38,367 bases of DNA from a virus (lineage: Duplodnaviria; Caudoviricetes): positions 1-38,367 of IMG/VR virus record IMGVR_UViG_3300033076_001419; one strand, written 5' to 3'. A program made the position numbers and the translations under genes. Under the pieces are notes generated by a model. It was not told the DNA's origin. It saw only the letters and a list, made by a program, of their open reading frames with translations, and made no database searches. Of the stretch, positions 5,894 to 16,500 are shown in pieces (within the stretch, counting starts at the first letter, position 1; the number at the start of each line of letters is the position of its first letter).

Positions 5894-7552
5894 ATGAGCA
5901 AGCTAGACCGCCAAGTGCGTGAAGACATTGGATTCGCCCAGAAGGTAGGCCAGCCCACCAAGGCGACTAAGGAGCGGACCATGAGCTGCTTCGAATTCTT
6001 CGGACTGCTCGGCATCACGCTCACCCTTGCGCAGGGGATCCTCATCAAGGTCGCTATCGATGGGAAGGACCTGTATGAGCTTTCGGACGAGGAGGCCGAG
6101 ATTGGAGAGACCCTTTTCGGCTTCCCACGTTCGACCAGGATCGATCCAATGTGTCGGCGGATCATCTTGCTCCTCCTTGGTCGAGGAAGCGGTAAATCGC
6201 TTATGTGTGCCGGCATTGCCATATACCTGTCACTCACACTGTCGTTGGACGGTGCGGGCCCAGGCTCCATCCCGGTGTTTATGATCGTGGCCCCAACCAA
6301 GGTTTCGGCCGTAGACATCACGCTCCAGAACGTACGGGCACTCATTGAGGAGAATCCACGCATGCGACCGTACATGGTGGACTACGGCGAGAACATGGTC
6401 CTGCTGCGTAGGCCTGACGGCAAGCATGTAAGGATCCTGGCCGCCGCTGCCGACAAGGGCGGTCGAAACCTTCGCGGACTGGATATCGCCGGATTCATTC
6501 TGGAAGAGGCCCAGTTCTTCAACTCTGACCCTGGCGGGAGGTACATCATCAACGACCGCGACGTGTACAACGCCATGACGCCGCGCTTCCTCCCTGGTGC
6601 CGTAGGCCTCTTCATCTCCACACCTTGGCCGTCAGAGAACTTGATGTCGGAGATGTTCGAAAAGAACTTTTCCCACCCTGTAACGTCCCTATGTGCAAAG
6701 GCCCCTACAGCCGTCATGCGTCCCGACAGGCCAGAGCTTGCCAGGATGATCGAGGAGATGCGCGAACGGGATCCGGACAACGCGCGCCGGGAGTTCGACT
6801 GCGACACGACAGCCACAATGACCGGGTCCTTTTTCGACCAGTCGGCCATCGAGCGCTGCGTCAGTCAGGAGGTAATGGTTCTTGATCCGAGCATTTACCA
6901 CACCGCCTGCTGCATTGACCTGGCGTTCCGGTCCGACTCGAGCGTCATATGCATCGTCCAGTACGACGGCCACAAGTTCAACATGGTCCACTTGGACGAG
7001 ATTGTGCCCAAGGAGGGTGTGCCCCTAAAGCCAAGTGAGGTGCTGGCCCTCTTTGCTGACACGGCAAGGACCTTTGGGTGCAGGTACGTCCTTACCGACG
7101 GTCACTACCGCGAAGCGGCCAGGGAGGCCTTCCAGGCGGCGGGAATCTCGGTTCTACCCGTACCCGAAGGCGCGTCAGGCAAGCTGGACATGTTCCTTAG
7201 GGCGAAATCGATGCTGGACGAGGGGCGGGTCACGATCGTTGACAACAAGCGCTTCCGTCACCAGGCCAGAATGGTAAGAGCCGTACCTACATCAGGCGGC
7301 TCACTGACCATCAAGATCCCAAGGAGAACCGGCATGGGCCACGGAGACCTCATCTCGGCCTGGGTCCCGGCCGTTCACCACCTGTCCTACGCGGCCGTGG
7401 TCATCAAGGAAAAGCGACCCAAGCCCGGAGACCCTGGATATCAGGAGTATTTCCTGGGCCGAATGAAAGCCAGGTTCGAATCCGACGAGGCTGAGTACAT
7501 CAAAAAGACGGAAAAGTCCCTGTCCAGGAAAAGCCGCTGGAGGTTCAGCTAG
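5894..7552 (+). CDS. terL: Terminase large subunit
   Basis: Walker A-like LLGRGSGKS, Walker B-like FILEEAQF, coupling motif ISTP, RNase H-like nuclease IDLA...D and C-terminal HGD; directly upstream of the portal. Confidence 0.92.
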   Translation: MSKLDRQVREDIGFAQKVGQPTKATKERTMSCFEFFGLLGITLTLAQGILIKVAIDGKDLYELSDEEAEIGETLFGFPRSTRIDPMCRRIILLLLGRGSGKSLMCAGIAIYLSLTLSLDGAGPGSIPVFMIVAPTKVSAVDITLQNVRALIEENPRMRPYMVDYGENMVLLRRPDGKHVRILAAAADKGGRNLRGLDIAGFILEEAQFFNSDPGGRYIINDRDVYNAMTPRFLPGAVGLFISTPWPSENLMSEMFEKNFSHPVTSLCAKAPTAVMRPDRPELARMIEEMRERDPDNARREFDCDTTATMTGSFFDQSAIERCVSQEVMVLDPSIYHTACCIDLAFRSDSSVICIVQYDGHKFNMVHLDEIVPKEGVPLKPSEVLALFADTARTFGCRYVLTDGHYREAAREAFQAAGISVLPVPEGASGKLDMFLRAKSMLDEGRVTIVDNKRFRHQARMVRAVPTSGGSLTIKIPRRTGMGHGDLISAWVPAVHHLSYAAVVIKEKRPKPGDPGYQEYFLGRMKARFESDEAEYIKKTEKSLSRKSRWRFS

Positions 7553-7560
7553 TTACAGAC

Positions 7561-7576
7561 TGGCACGGAACTTGCA
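7561..7576 (+). promoter_or_regulatory. sigma54-type promoter box upstream of the portal gene
   Basis: TGGCACGGAACTTGCA matches TGGCAC-N5-TTGCW in the terL-portal intergenic gap. Confidence 0.65.
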
Positions 7577-7597
7577 TTTATGGCATGATGTGCCTGG

Positions 7598-9517
7598 ATG
7601 GCAAGAGCTAAGACCGCTGACGCGCAATGGTGGAATGCCACCAAGTCAGGCCGCAGTCCTCACGAGGTCCTTGTCCCCCTTGTGGAGAAGCTTTTTGAGG
7701 CTCAGCAGAACCGGTACATCGGGTATCGCCGACTGGCGGAGGTGTACGGGGCCGACATGACAGCTCGAGGCGGGTCCACGGATCCGTTTGAGACCGCTTT
7801 TAGCGAAGAGCTGACCATGAACGAGTTGGCCAATACGGTGGAGACGCTACACAGCCAGCTCTACAAGAACCGTATCGTCGTATCGGTGGACACGGTTGGT
7901 GGCGATTATGGCCAGTGGTCCAGGGCGAAAAAGCTCAACCGGTGGATCGACGGCGTACTGAATGACTGTGACCTTCATGGCAGCGTCGTTCCGCGCGTGG
8001 GCCTCCATGCCATCATTGCGGGCACCGGCTTCTACAAGGTCGGCCACAGAGTTGTTGATGCGGAGAAGGGCATTGCTGAGATCACTATTGAGACTTCTGA
8101 CCCGCTGGACATGGCCGTTGACCCGCTTGATGCGGAAGGCGGCAATCCGATGTGCATCTTTGAGATCGGTGTCGCAGACCGGACCGCTCTCGAAGACATC
8201 ATGCGAGAGAAAGACGACACACTCTACGGAACTCCCGAAGAACGTCTTCTTGCTATCGAAAATGCAAAAACGGCGCAGGATGATCAGCTTGGGCCGAAAG
8301 ATGTAGGCATTCTCGATCTTGATACAATCCGCGTCTACCACGGCTGGCGCCGGGCCCCGAATAAGAAGACGCCTGGCCGATACATCATGTGCACGTCGGC
8401 AGGCACCCTGATTGACAGGGAGTACAAACTCGGCGAGTTCCCTCACATCCCGCAGCGGTGGATGATGGCCCCCAGCGGCTATTACGGCCAGTCCGCTGTC
8501 GCTCGCCTGGCTCCTGGCCAGCGCACGTACGACAAGATGACGATGCGTGGTGACAAGTGCCACGACCTCATGGGCATCCCGCGCATCATCTTGCGCAAGG
8601 GCTCTGGATTCGAGAAGCGCCATATCGACGACGTTGAGGCAAGCATCCTCGAGGCTGACGACCCCAGTGGCATCAAGGAGTGGAACCCTACCCCCATCCA
8701 CCCAGACTTCTACCGTGAGCGAGACTCCATCCCTGGCAAGATGCGTGGCCTTGTCGGGGTGTCCCAGTTCTCTTCCACAGGACAGCTGCCAACCCAGCTA
8801 CGTGAGGCCTCCGGCGTAGCGCTAGAGAGCTTCGTGGATCAGGAGTCCGCTCGGCATGCCATGGCTCATCGTGAGTACGAGCGGGCCATCGTAAAGCTCG
8901 TGTATCGCATCTTTGACGAGGCCCTCTGGCTCCAGGAGCACGGCTTTACGGTCATTGCTCGCTCGCCGAATAGGAACCACCTCGAGGAGATCGACTTTAA
9001 GGACGTCTCCATGGACCGCGAGGAGTTCAAGCTTCGCGTGCTGCCCATCTCCCACCTGTCTCGTACGTTTACGGGCAAGGTCAACCAGCTGGCCCCACTG
9101 CTCAACAACGGTGCCATCAAGCTCCCGACTTACCGAAGGCTCCTCGAGGTTCCTGACATTGAGCAGGAGAACGACATGGAGACGGCCACGGACGAGCTGG
9201 TGGACGCCATGTTGAACAAGGTCTACGAGACCGGCCTTCCGTTCGACCTGCTCGCGTTTGATGATGAGCAGCGAATCTTTGAGCGCGGATCGAAATTCAT
9301 CAACTACCTGCGCCTGCGGGACGTTCCGTCCGAAAAGCTGCTTCCTGTCGTCGAGTACGTTACCGAGGCGTACAACCGGATCCTGAAAAAGGAAGCCGAA
9401 GCGGCAGCTCAGCAGGCAGCAGCACAAGCTCCTCCGGCCCAAGGTGGCGCCGGTGCTCCCGATATGGGAGGGGCCATGCCGCCGCCCGTACCTGGCGGAC
9501 CTGAAGGTGCCGTATGA
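7598..9517 (+). CDS. Portal protein
   Basis: 639 aa, located between terL and scaffold/capsid; ASGVAL motif and Q/A/P-rich C-terminal tail typical of P22/podovirus-like portals. Confidence 0.85.
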   Translation: MARAKTADAQWWNATKSGRSPHEVLVPLVEKLFEAQQNRYIGYRRLAEVYGADMTARGGSTDPFETAFSEELTMNELANTVETLHSQLYKNRIVVSVDTVGGDYGQWSRAKKLNRWIDGVLNDCDLHGSVVPRVGLHAIIAGTGFYKVGHRVVDAEKGIAEITIETSDPLDMAVDPLDAEGGNPMCIFEIGVADRTALEDIMREKDDTLYGTPEERLLAIENAKTAQDDQLGPKDVGILDLDTIRVYHGWRRAPNKKTPGRYIMCTSAGTLIDREYKLGEFPHIPQRWMMAPSGYYGQSAVARLAPGQRTYDKMTMRGDKCHDLMGIPRIILRKGSGFEKRHIDDVEASILEADDPSGIKEWNPTPIHPDFYRERDSIPGKMRGLVGVSQFSSTGQLPTQLREASGVALESFVDQESARHAMAHREYERAIVKLVYRIFDEALWLQEHGFTVIARSPNRNHLEEIDFKDVSMDREEFKLRVLPISHLSRTFTGKVNQLAPLLNNGAIKLPTYRRLLEVPDIEQENDMETATDELVDAMLNKVYETGLPFDLLAFDDEQRIFERGSKFINYLRLRDVPSEKLLPVVEYVTEAYNRILKKEAEAAAQQAAAQAPPAQGGAGAPDMGGAMPPPVPGGPEGAV

Positions 9518-10521
9518 GTGACGAATCAGCAATCCAGACCTCAGAGCCTACTACTACAGTAGCCCCCGCCAAAGACCCAGAGCGCGTCGATGGCCGGCTT
9601 TCCGAAGAGAGTCGACGGGCAGCCGCCAAGGCCGTTCGCGAGGCCATGAAGGCGGCGGAGCCAGCGGCGGAGTCCGACGAAGGGGCCGAGCCAACTGAGC
9701 AAGCAAAGGCCAAGGAAGAAGAGATCAAGTCAGAGCCAATCTCCGAAAAGCTGAACCGACTCGTAAAGGAACGAGAGAAGGCCAAGGCGATTCGTCGAGA
9801 GGCCGAAGAGCAGCGTCAAGCTGCGATGAAGGAAATCGAGGCGGAGCGCAATAAGCTTCGTCAGGAACTAGAGGAACAGCGCAAGATCACCGAATACCTC
9901 GAGGCCCTAAAGGCGAACCCGCTGGAGGGCATGCGCAAGCTAGACATCAACCCTGAGGAGTTCCTTGAGCGGATCATCAAGTCCGACCCCAAGGACCTCG
10001 CCCAGCGGCAAAAGGAAGAACTTCTTAACAAGGAACTTGCCGAGCTTAAGCAATGGAAGCAGCAGCTTGAGGAGAGCATCCGCCGTAGCCAGGAGGAGCA
10101 AACTACGGTAGTTGAGCGGGAGCGTCGCAGTCAGATCATCAACTCCTTCTTGGAGTCGGCGAAGGACCAGACGAAGTACCCGAACTTCAGCACGCTGTAT
10201 GGCGGTGACCCGGAGTATCAGGTGACTCTCGGGCATCGGGCAGCGGATCACATTCGCGAGCACCTTGGCTACCAGCCGAGTCGCGAGGAGATCCTCGAAT
10301 ATCTTGAACACGAAGCTTCTAAAAAGGCAGGCAGTAGGGTAGCCGGCCAGTCCAAACCAGGCGAAGCACGAGGTCTTCCCAGGACCCCGAGCAAGTCGGA
10401 TCTCACCGATAGAAAGGCCTCTCCCGTCTCAGTCCCCGATGACTGGGAAGAACGGAAGCGCCTCGCTAAGGCTCGAGTGAAGGCTGAAATGAAGGACTTC
10501 GAAAGTCTCAACGAAGACTGA
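9514..10521 (+). CDS. Capsid scaffolding protein
   Basis: Highly charged coiled-coil E/K/R-rich protein between portal and major capsid genes. Confidence 0.7.
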   Translation: MSDESAIQTSEPTTTVAPAKDPERVDGRLSEESRRAAAKAVREAMKAAEPAAESDEGAEPTEQAKAKEEEIKSEPISEKLNRLVKEREKAKAIRREAEEQRQAAMKEIEAERNKLRQELEEQRKITEYLEALKANPLEGMRKLDINPEEFLERIIKSDPKDLAQRQKEELLNKELAELKQWKQQLEESIRRSQEEQTTVVERERRSQIINSFLESAKDQTKYPNFSTLYGGDPEYQVTLGHRAADHIREHLGYQPSREEILEYLEHEASKKAGSRVAGQSKPGEARGLPRTPSKSDLTDRKASPVSVPDDWEERKRLAKARVKAEMKDFESLNED

Positions 10522-10563
10522 CGCGGGAATCCATTCAACCATCAGACTCAGAGGATTTAGATA

Positions 10564-11802
10564 ATGGCTGCTACTGTTCTGTCGGGCGTCTCTGCGGCGC
10601 TCAAAAATCTGTACCCGAAGGGCGAGATGCCCGAGTCGATCAACGACAACTATCCGCTCCACAAGAAGCTTGCGAAAGCGGAGGACTTCGTTGGCGAGTC
10701 GGCATACGTCGCCATCAAGAACGCTAACTCGCAAGGCGTAGGCTCCTCGGTCGCGACTGCCCAAACGGCGGACAACGACCCGTCGTACAAGCGCTTTACG
10801 CTGACGCGCAACAAGGCCTTCTCGGTCGCCCGTATCGACGGCGAGGCCGCTGAAGCCGCTGTTCGTCAGGAAGGTGCGCTAGTCGATCTCGTGGACGACA
10901 AGGTCTCCGGCGCGGCCCAGACGCTCGTGCACGACCTTGCGGTCTGGGAGTACGGCGCCGGTAACGGCATTCTCGGCACGATCTCGTCGGGTCACGGCGG
11001 CACCACGCTGACGCTGACCAGCACGGCGAACATGAACTACTTCGAGATCGGTATGCTCATTGTGTCTGTCGACGGCACCGTGACGGCGCTCAACGGCAAC
11101 AAGACCTCTGCGGCTGCCCGCACGGTTACCGGCATTGACCGCCTCAACCGCACGCTCACGATCAGTGCGGCCCTCGGTGGCACGGCGGCCTCTGGCGACC
11201 ACCTGGTTCGCGCTTCGTTCGACTGCGAAACGGCCGGCGACGTGAACTCGGTCTTCCACGGCCTCCGCTCCTACGTTGAGGGTGGCTCCTCGCCGTCGTC
11301 GCTCTACTCGCTCACCCGCAACACAGACCCGGTCCGACTCGCTGGCCAGACGGATGACTACACGGGCGATGCGATGGAAGACGCGGTGCTTGACGCCCTC
11401 GCCAAGTGCTCGATCCAGGGCATTGGTACCCCTGACACGCTCGTCGCAAACCCCATCCAGGTGGCGGCGATGCAGCGATCGGTCGGTGGTAAGGTTGTCT
11501 ACAACCGCGACCAGTCGTCCAAGGCGGAGGTCGGCTTTTCGGAGCTGAACTTCGAATCTCCAGACGGCAAGGTCAAGATCATCTCGGACCCGTACTGCCC
11601 GCTCCAGGTTGCGTACCTACTTCGCATGAAGGACTGGACGCTGTGGTCGCTCCGCAAGGCGCCCCACATGGAAAAGGCCGACGGTCTCGAGTCTCGCGTC
11701 AACTTCACGGAGGACAACTTTGAGGTCCGCTGGAAGTTCTACGGCGCGGTGAGACTCACGAACCCGGGCTGCCAGTTCCGCATGACTGGTTTCGGAGCGT
11801 AA
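10564..11802 (+). CDS. Major capsid protein
   Basis: 412 aa after the scaffold; strongly biased codon usage; N-terminal ALKNLY, central YGAGNG, C-terminal DPYCP and NPG consistent with HK97-fold capsids. Confidence 0.85.
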   Translation: MAATVLSGVSAALKNLYPKGEMPESINDNYPLHKKLAKAEDFVGESAYVAIKNANSQGVGSSVATAQTADNDPSYKRFTLTRNKAFSVARIDGEAAEAAVRQEGALVDLVDDKVSGAAQTLVHDLAVWEYGAGNGILGTISSGHGGTTLTLTSTANMNYFEIGMLIVSVDGTVTALNGNKTSAAARTVTGIDRLNRTLTISAALGGTAASGDHLVRASFDCETAGDVNSVFHGLRSYVEGGSSPSSLYSLTRNTDPVRLAGQTDDYTGDAMEDAVLDALAKCSIQGIGTPDTLVANPIQVAAMQRSVGGKVVYNRDQSSKAEVGFSELNFESPDGKVKIISDPYCPLQVAYLLRMKDWTLWSLRKAPHMEKADGLESRVNFTEDNFEVRWKFYGAVRLTNPGCQFRMTGFGA

Positions 11803-11803
11803 T

Positions 11804-12214
11804 ATGGCTGAAGGTCGCACTAGTAAAACCAATCCAGTCCGAGCAGTGGGGCGCAATATCGTCGAGTACGGCGGTATCTGGACCACTGCAGGTGCTGCCA
11901 ACATGACCGTCGACTATTCAGACGGGATCAAGTCGGTAAACTACAACTCCGCGGCTGGCAAGTTCCTCGTGACGTTCGTAGGTCGACCAGGCAAGCTCAT
12001 CAGTTGCTATGGTCAGGCCCACGCCGTAACCGGAACTGGTCCGCTTGTGGTCAACTGCGTGTTCTCGACGTACACGACAACGGCGGAAGATGCCACTGTG
12101 GAAATCGAGTTCTGGGAGCAGGCAGACGGCGACGACACGCTGACCGATCCGGCCAACGCCACCTGGCCCAAGCTCGACATCTGGTTCAAGTTCGCTGCTA
12201 GCGGTACCCTCTAA
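11804..12214 (+). CDS. Virion structural protein (possible decoration/cement)
   Basis: Beta-rich 136 aa ORF starting 1 nt after the capsid stop. Confidence 0.55.
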   Translation: MAEGRTSKTNPVRAVGRNIVEYGGIWTTAGAANMTVDYSDGIKSVNYNSAAGKFLVTFVGRPGKLISCYGQAHAVTGTGPLVVNCVFSTYTTTAEDATVEIEFWEQADGDDTLTDPANATWPKLDIWFKFAASGTL

Positions 12215-12229
12215 CAGCTGGAGGATGCC

Positions 12230-12439
12230 GTGAAGGACGAAAAGAAGTCGATCGTGGACAAGATGGCGGGCAAGCCGTCGCTCTTTTCCAAGAAGGAATC
12301 CGATGAGATGGAGGTCGAGTCGGACGACACCGAGGAAGAGGACGGCGGCTACGTCGAGGCCATGCGAGCCTTTGAAGAGGCTGGCTCAACGGAAGAGAAG
12401 GCAGAGGCGCTGAAGGCTTTCATCAAGCTTTGCAGCTGA
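12230..12439 (+). CDS. Small acidic hypothetical protein
   Basis: GGAGG RBS, 69 aa, lies in the head-tail region. Confidence 0.65.
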   Translation: MKDEKKSIVDKMAGKPSLFSKKESDEMEVESDDTEEEDGGYVEAMRAFEEAGSTEEKAEALKAFIKLCS

Positions 12440-12456
12440 AGTAAGGCGGAGCGTCA

Positions 12457-13149
12457 ATGAGCAGACAGGTACTCTGGACAACCATCAAGACACGTATTCG
12501 TAGGGCTGCCGACATCGAGAACGATACCCACGTTACCGATGCCGAAATCTACGACATCCTTGACCGAATTTATCCAGGGTACTGGGACCTGCTCATTGAC
12601 GCTGGTCCGCCGGAGTTCTCTTGCGAAAAGGTTACGTTTTCATCCGTGGCTGGTACTCAGGCCTACTCACTGGCCACGACAGTTACCAACAGTGCGGACA
12701 ACTTTTACCGCATGAAGGGGCTCTACGTGCTAGATAACAGCAGTAGGCTCCACCCGGTCGGAAGGTTCTTGGATACGGAGATTCACCTCTGGAAGGCAAT
12801 CGACGAGGCCAAGTCGTTCCAGATTCACTACTACAAGAATTGCCCGTCGGTCCCATCATCCCCTACCGGTAGCGACTACGTGGAGGGGTACAGTGGATTC
12901 GAGGAATGGCTGGTGTACAAGGCCTGCGCCGAGATCAAGCGTAAGCGCCAGGAGGACTTCAGGCAATTCGAGGCCGAGGCCGCCACTCTGGCCGCCAGGA
13001 TCACAAAAAACGCGAATAGGGACGGCTGGGAGCCATCCAGGGTACAGCGCCGAAAGAACCGTCCTGGCGTCAATATCTACGGATACCAGATCAAGGGCAA
13101 CACTCTTGAGCTGTGTAAGTATACTGGCTACGAGGGCTGGTACACTTGA
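12457..13149 (+). CDS. Head-tail adaptor (tail tubular protein A / P22 gp4-like position)
   Basis: About 230 aa with helical N- and C-termini (IKTRIRRAADIEND; FEEWLVYKAC); synteny after the capsid gene. Confidence 0.7.
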   Translation: MSRQVLWTTIKTRIRRAADIENDTHVTDAEIYDILDRIYPGYWDLLIDAGPPEFSCEKVTFSSVAGTQAYSLATTVTNSADNFYRMKGLYVLDNSSRLHPVGRFLDTEIHLWKAIDEAKSFQIHYYKNCPSVPSSPTGSDYVEGYSGFEEWLVYKACAEIKRKRQEDFRQFEAEAATLAARITKNANRDGWEPSRVQRRKNRPGVNIYGYQIKGNTLELCKYTGYEGWYT

Positions 13150-13553
13150 TCAGGCACATCGACTACGACAATCAGCGCATCCGACAGTCGCGTCCCCAGG
13201 CACGCACGGCTAAATCTCTTCGTTCGCTTTCGGCGGAGCAGCAGCTCGAGGCACTGCGATCTGGACTTGAGGACGTGGCAAGAGACAGGCCGCCTCAGGC
13301 CATCAATTTCTACAACATCCCTGTGGCTGGGACGACTACGGTCGAGCTTCCTCACAACTTCGGTGGAGCCGTCAGTTTCTGGCTCACTGACTCCAGGCCG
13401 ACGTCGGCAGGCAGTGTTGGAGTAGACCCTGTCATTCAGCGCCTTACGTCTGGCGCCACCCCATTTACGGACCAGAGCACCACGAACATCCTGTCGCTTC
13501 GGGTGTCCGGATTCACTGGCGTGATTGCAATCAGAGTAGAGGCTGCACAATGA
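13146..13553 (+). CDS. Virion protein, hypothetical
   Basis: Coupled to both neighbours by overlapping stop/start codons. Confidence 0.55.
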   Translation: MIRHIDYDNQRIRQSRPQARTAKSLRSLSAEQQLEALRSGLEDVARDRPPQAINFYNIPVAGTTTVELPHNFGGAVSFWLTDSRPTSAGSVGVDPVIQRLTSGATPFTDQSTTNILSLRVSGFTGVIAIRVEAAQ

Positions 13554-16500
13554 TTCTGAGCAAGAGCACGGTAAACGTTGCCCTTACCGGCCTGAACGAG
13601 AAGGTTGCCAGTGAGGCGGCGGACGCCTCGGTAAGCCTGTCTGTGTGCGAGAACGTGCAGTTTATTCAGGGCGGTGTTCCACAGACCAGACATGGGTACG
13701 CCGAGGTTACGTCCATGAGCTATACGGACGGAACCGTTTTCGATACGAACGAGTTCGCAACCAGAAGTGCAGCGTTTGTCGGAGATAATGGATATTACGT
13801 CACCTCTGACCAGTGCAGGGCTCTTAGGTACACTGGAACACTGTCGTCTCCAATCCGCTCTTTCTCGCCCATGGTGGTCCAGACACAGGTTGGCGGAGTT
13901 GGTAACGCGTACAACGGGGCACGCTCCAACTTTCCAAAGACGATCACTAGGTGCGCACCCAGAAAGATTGCGAACGTAAGGCACATCACATCACAGGAAC
14001 AGACTGGCGCAAGGTCTTACGACTCTCCAGAGGGCGACTCCATTGTCGGGCTGTCGGACGCGTACCACTATCACGGTCACGCCAATTTCCCAGAGGGGAT
14101 TCTTGTCGTCGTTACGACACCAACACAGGGAACGTCGCTCAACGTCAACTCGGCAATCCCGCTTTTTATTGTGTCCGTTGTCGATTGCGCAACTGGAAAG
14201 GTGCTGAATCAGCAAAAGAGTTCACAGACCATTTATTCTGGCGGGGCGCTCATACCACCAGAGGCGATGTGCGTTGTTGGGTATGGATCAACGTTCGCAG
14301 TGGTCATGGCGGGTCACGTGTCGGCAAGCCCGGCAACTGTCACGGCCTACTACAGCACGATCAGTGACACGGTAATGCCAGTGTTCAGCTCCACGACGGT
14401 GGCGACCGACTTTCAGACTGGCGGTCTCATGTCGGCATCTTACGACGACACGCACGCCACTGCGAATCGCGTGTACATCAAGTACCACAGCACCACTACC
14501 GCGCAGACATCTACGATCATCAGGCGACTGAGCACAACGGACTTTTCTTCGCTGGCATCGGCCACTGACAACGACGACGGGTTTCCCCCGGCTGGAGCGG
14601 ACTTCGATGCCTTCGGTCTGTACTACGACGTTGTTGCGGACGAGGTCGTGTCGGTAAACTGCTACTCTGGAACACTTGCTGCCACACTTATCAAGTGCAG
14701 AAGCGCGGACCTTGCGTCGACATATCGAGGTGGGGCAACGGCATGGAACGGTGTCGGACCATATCTGAATGCCGTTATGTACCTGTCAAGGGTGTCCATT
14801 CGGCACTACTGGGACGACTCGCTTGGCAGCGCAAGGAAGTGTTTTGGCCTCATTGGCTGCATTACCGTAGCTGGCACCAAGGCCTACGACACGTGGGTGC
14901 AGTGGGCGCAATTCGGACAGGGGAGCACATATGGCGGCACTAGCGTAGATACGATCCTTTCGACGTCTGTAGATGCGCCACAGCCGCAGGTCATCTTGTC
15001 ATCGGCGCTCGTTGCTAGGCCATGGTGCCCAATGGGCCAGACCAGGTACTTCTCACTGGTGCCAATCTGTCACGTTAGCGATTTGGCGGTAAGCGCTGGA
15101 ATTTACCAGAGTCACTGCACGGTGTATCGGGTTGACGGCAGGTCGAACGTGACTCTTGCCTTTGGCGGAGCGACCGATTCTCCGTTGCCGCTGTATCCAA
15201 ACACGTCATCAAGGTTTCCGGTTGCATGCCAGGTGGCCACTGGAACGCTGTCGCTGCTGACGGAAAACATAAACGTAGCCAGCGGAAAGAGAAGCAAAAG
15301 GCTTTCGTTCGTTCCTGTGTCACGGTCTTCCAGCAGTCCGCCCAAAAGCTTTTTCTGCTGTGGGATTGTGGACAATACTGCATTCACCGCGAGAGGTTCG
15401 GTCTACGCAGTGTCGGCCAGTGGTATACCGGCAGCGCCACAGTCCGTTGCGGTGTATTCGATGGACCATACGATGGTCAGCATGTCGTCCACAAGCGGCA
15501 CAGCGGGGGACATTGCTTCCTGCGGGTACCCGTACAACGTAGACGGTGGCAGGCTGTCTGAGGCGCACACTCCGGCAGCCCCGGTGATCTACGGGTCGAG
15601 CCCCATCGCCGGACTGGCCATTATACTTGTGGCTAGTGAGCCGTCCATCCAGTACAGGGCCATGTGGGAGTACGAGATGGAGAGCGGGAACGTCATGTGG
15701 TCGGAGCTGTCCAATCCGCACACTGTTGACGTGACCGTTCCTGGAAACTGCACATCGATAGAGGTAAGAATCGTACCTCCGGTTACCTCGCTCACCTCTC
15801 CAGTCAACGCAATTCGATGCCACCTATTCAGGAGGTCGGCCATCTCCGGAGGAGACAGGTACGTAGGAACCGCGTACTTCGCAAACTCCACAGCGTTCAC
15901 GGCGGCGAACTATGTGTCGATATTCGATACTATCGGCTCCAGCTCCATTGCCTCCATGCCGGCCCCGTACTACGACCCGACAGGAGTAGGATCTGGATCA
16001 CCTCTGCCAAGGCAGCGACCGGCGGGTCTCAGAAAAGTGATCCACCATGCCGACAGGCAGTTCGGAATCGACGAAGACGGCAGCATTCGGTTCACCGGAC
16101 CACTCGTAACAGGAGAGAATCCATGGTGGTCAGACGCCTTTTCCATTCCCGTTCCTGGCGGCGGACAGGCCGAGGCCCTCGCGTCTTATGGCGGTCGGCT
16201 GTTCGTGCTGAAGCGCGACAGCGTATATGTCATTGACGGGCAAGGTCCACCAGAGAACGGCGGCAACGGATCAGAATTTTCAGCGCCACAGCTGGTGTCC
16301 GGGACCATTGGAATCTCCGACCCGAGAGCACTTGTAGTCACACCATACGGGATCATCTTCAGGTCACAGCGCGGACTTGAGATGCTGACTCCGAACGGTG
16401 GAGTGGACTTCATCGGTGAGCAGGTTCAGCTGACGCTCGACCAGTATCCCTACACAGTGGCCGCCGCTTACGACCCCGATGCTGACTGCGTAAAGTTCCT

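Noticed and set aside
7847-9532. Long antisense ORFs (284 aa, 236 aa) opposite the portal, and similar ones opposite other genes
   Set aside because: Expected shadow ORFs of GC-rich, codon-biased genes; no motifs
10564-12214. Programmed frameshift extending the major capsid protein
   Set aside because: No slippery heptamer seen before the stop, and the next gene has its own ATG 1 nt later
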